From assembly GCA_010356995.1 (NCBI GenBank), contig ML996688.1, positions 372,001 to 436,000 on the forward strand: a stretch of 64,000 bases of DNA, given 5' to 3'. Source of the DNA: Trichodelitschia bisporula (taxonomy: Eukaryota). Shown piece after piece: positions 61,983 to 64,000 of this stretch (position 1 is the stretch's first letter; every line of letters begins with the position of its first letter). The position numbers and the translations under genes are program-made. The notes under the pieces are model-generated. The model was not told where the DNA came from and did not search any database. It saw only the letters and a list, made by a program, of their open reading frames with translations.

Positions 61983-62654
61983 GGCCAGTAGCCTGGATGG
62001 ATTGACAGGTTAAGGCGCTGGGGCGTTGCTTGACCCGGGTTGCCAGTCCTTGTGAGGTTATGATGTGGTCCTGTGCGTTGCACTACGGGTGCGGATGCGG
62101 ATGCGGTTTACCCATCTCGGCGCCCTGGAATTGCACATCAGCTTGATTCTAGGCCTCAGAATAAACAGTGGTCTTGAATTGCTAGATGCTGATATGCCTT
62201 GTGCTTGTTAGACGATCGTGTAATGTGAAGGTATGGAGGCTTATCAAAGCTGAGTGCACCAAAACCGGACCCTTTGATAGTTTGTTCTAGCTTTCTCCAT
62301 CATCCATACAATCCACTACCTCTTGACTGAACAAGCTTCGATTGCCACAGCCCTTGCCAAAAAACGGCGGCTGCAAAACACTCCCCAAAGACTACCCCCA
62401 GGACTGCAACGTTCCTTTCACCAAAGGACATCCTCTACGCTTCTCCTCTTCTACATACGTACTAGCGTCCTTCGTTTCAACTACGTATTCACGAGCCAAG
62501 TCACGAGCCTCGACGAGTCGAGGAGTATAAGTATATTCGACTTAATATTTTCTAGAACCAAACATCTTCGACAACAACTCATCCACCGTCAACATCCCCC
62601 CACTCCCCCAACAACAAGAACCAAAGCCGGCGAAAACGCAAAATCGCCGCAGAA

Positions 62655-63122
62655 ATGGAGGTGACGGGTAAGTCTCCTACTCCTATATATCCCCCTTAAC
62701 CACTGTAATTCCCTATCTCCAGACGCGTCCAAGCTCAACACTGGCGGCAAGCCCAACGCCAGCGGCCCGGCTAAGGATCTCAACCTCCACGACAAGATGG
62801 AGGTAAGCCTAGGAGCCTGTCGGGTCGTCGTCGTCACGAACGGTGTGGCCTGTGCGTGCACCCGCGGCCTCTGCTTCCCCCGTGTGAACAACAGCACCAG
62901 GGTGTCCATCATGAAGCACGTCTGTATCAACTGCCATCATATGATGGAATGGCATGACTTGTACAGTGGCGAGTATAGTAAGTATCTTTATATCTACATG
63001 TCAGCTTTTCGTATATACAATTCTAGAACTAACAAGTACCCACTTTCCCCCTGAATGGACGCTGAGCTGACTTGACTATAGCCTCCCACGCCTCCATGGA
63101 ACAAGGGCAGCAGGGCCAGTAG
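62655..63122 (+). CDS. Array copy 5 (type B): small Cys/His protein, about 102 aa (exons 62655-62667, 62723-62977, 63082-63122)
   Basis: MEVT..VSLGACRVVVVTNGVACACTRGLC..VCINCHHMMEWH, ending QQGQ-stop; GTAAGT donors at 62668 and 62978. Confidence 0.7.
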
Positions 63123-64000
63123 GTTGGGTGGATTTGACGAATCATGGCGTTGAGGCGCGATTACTTGCGGAGTGTGGCTTCTTAGACAGTGACCGTCATT
63201 TGGATGGCTTGATCTAGGTTGCGGGAATTCTTTGTGTGCTTTTGATGCGTGTGATGGTGTTGAAGGTGTTGCTAGACCTGAGCCGCCGGTGTGCGTGTGC
63301 TTATGAGGAGTCAGTTATGTTGCAACATGGATACGAATGCCGTTTACCCGTCTCCAGCGCCATAGAGACGCACATCGGTTAAGTCTTCAAAATCTCCGAA
63401 TGCTGATATGTCTTGTTTTTGCCCATGAAACACATGTAGTAGCTGCCGGCAGGTACGTGGAGTGATGTATCATTACTGATGTCAACATCAAGCTCGCTTG
63501 ACATGTTAGCCACTCCTTCCTAGCGTTCGTGGCGTCTTCCCTGCCCGTGGGTTAGGTATCCTTCCCAAAGCGAAGGACAACACCTGCCCCACGAACCAGC
63601 ACTCTCAGGCCCTCAAGCACTCGACCGCGGGACCAAAAATATACACAATAAGACCTGAATTTCAGAGTTGCACCTAGCCTTTGGGCCGCACCCTATCGTA
63701 GAGCGCTATATACAAAGCCGCCGCCCTACCAACCGTCAATTGGCAGACCGCGCAAGCTCACACTCAGCACAATCGCACATCTCGAAAACACGCAACACCG
63801 TCTACGCTATCCGCGCAAAAAACTTTTATCATCTTCCATCATCTCATCTCCGCTAATCACACAAAATTTCCTCCCAACAGTTACAATCCCCATCAAACGC
63901 CCCGCACCAATTCTCTCTGCGTCTACTCCAGCGGAATGCCCTCATACTCACCGTACCCCAGCGCAAGATTCATATTCTCTGCCCATCACATTAGCCAGCC

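Larger units (their letters stand above)
58083..63430 (+). repeat. Tandem array of five diverged gene-containing units (about 0.9-1.15 kb period; A-B-A'-B'-B'')
   Basis: A promoter block ending ...AGTCGAGGAGTATAA recurs near 58325, 59455, 60497, 61365 and 62516. Shared spacer blocks: ggcttagcaaagccgattgca..ccaacccctagat at about 59224, 61134 and 62238; gcacatcggttaag..atgctgatatg at about 60157, 62133 and 63370. Confidence 0.92.

Noticed and set aside
58083..63430. Array interpreted as LTR/transposon remnants or a CRISPR-like repeat-spacer locus
   Set aside because: The units contain spliced genes; I saw no TIRs, TG..CA LTR ends, target-site duplications, RT or transposase, and no short identical repeats with unique spacers.
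1..64000. tRNA, 5S rRNA, snRNA, TPP riboswitch, telomerase RNA template
   Set aside because: GTTCGA hits lack a cloverleaf context, and no TAACCCTAA template or TPP core was seen by eye; an Rfam/tRNAscan-SE run is needed to exclude them fully.
63500..64000. Possible sixth array unit
   Set aside because: Spacer homology ends near 63430, and no promoter cassette or Cys/His exon is visible before the window ends.

Overview
Eukaryotic DNA from a filamentous ascomycete (Pezizomycotina; Dothideomycete-like by inference), with short GT-AG introns carrying CTAAC/CTGAC branch sites. The core genes are an AZF1-like C2H2 transcription factor, ERG3, a secreted His1 LPMO-like protein, RPD3, HEM1, THO2, RIX1, YPP1/TTC7-like, a small Zn2Cys6 protein, an ER-retained CE1-like esterase homolog lacking the canonical nucleophile, a NAA50-like GNAT and MIC19. 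Two accessory zones stand out. (1) At about 58.1-63.4 kb is a tandem array of five paralogous, spliced genes for small non-secreted Cys/His (putative zinc-binding) proteins. They are built from phase-1 exon modules behind a conserved promoter cassette, and at least one copy was inactivated by RIP-type mutation. (2) At about 16.9-25.8 kb is an island of decayed + strand gene fragments with an internally repeated domain; it shares an NLS-like module (EPFYP..KRSHDAMA.GE..EAKR.C) with the array 41 kb away. I could not support any tRNA, rRNA, CRISPR array or recognisable transposase. All intron coordinates were read by eye and need RNA-seq confirmation, and family names come from motif recognition, not database searches.
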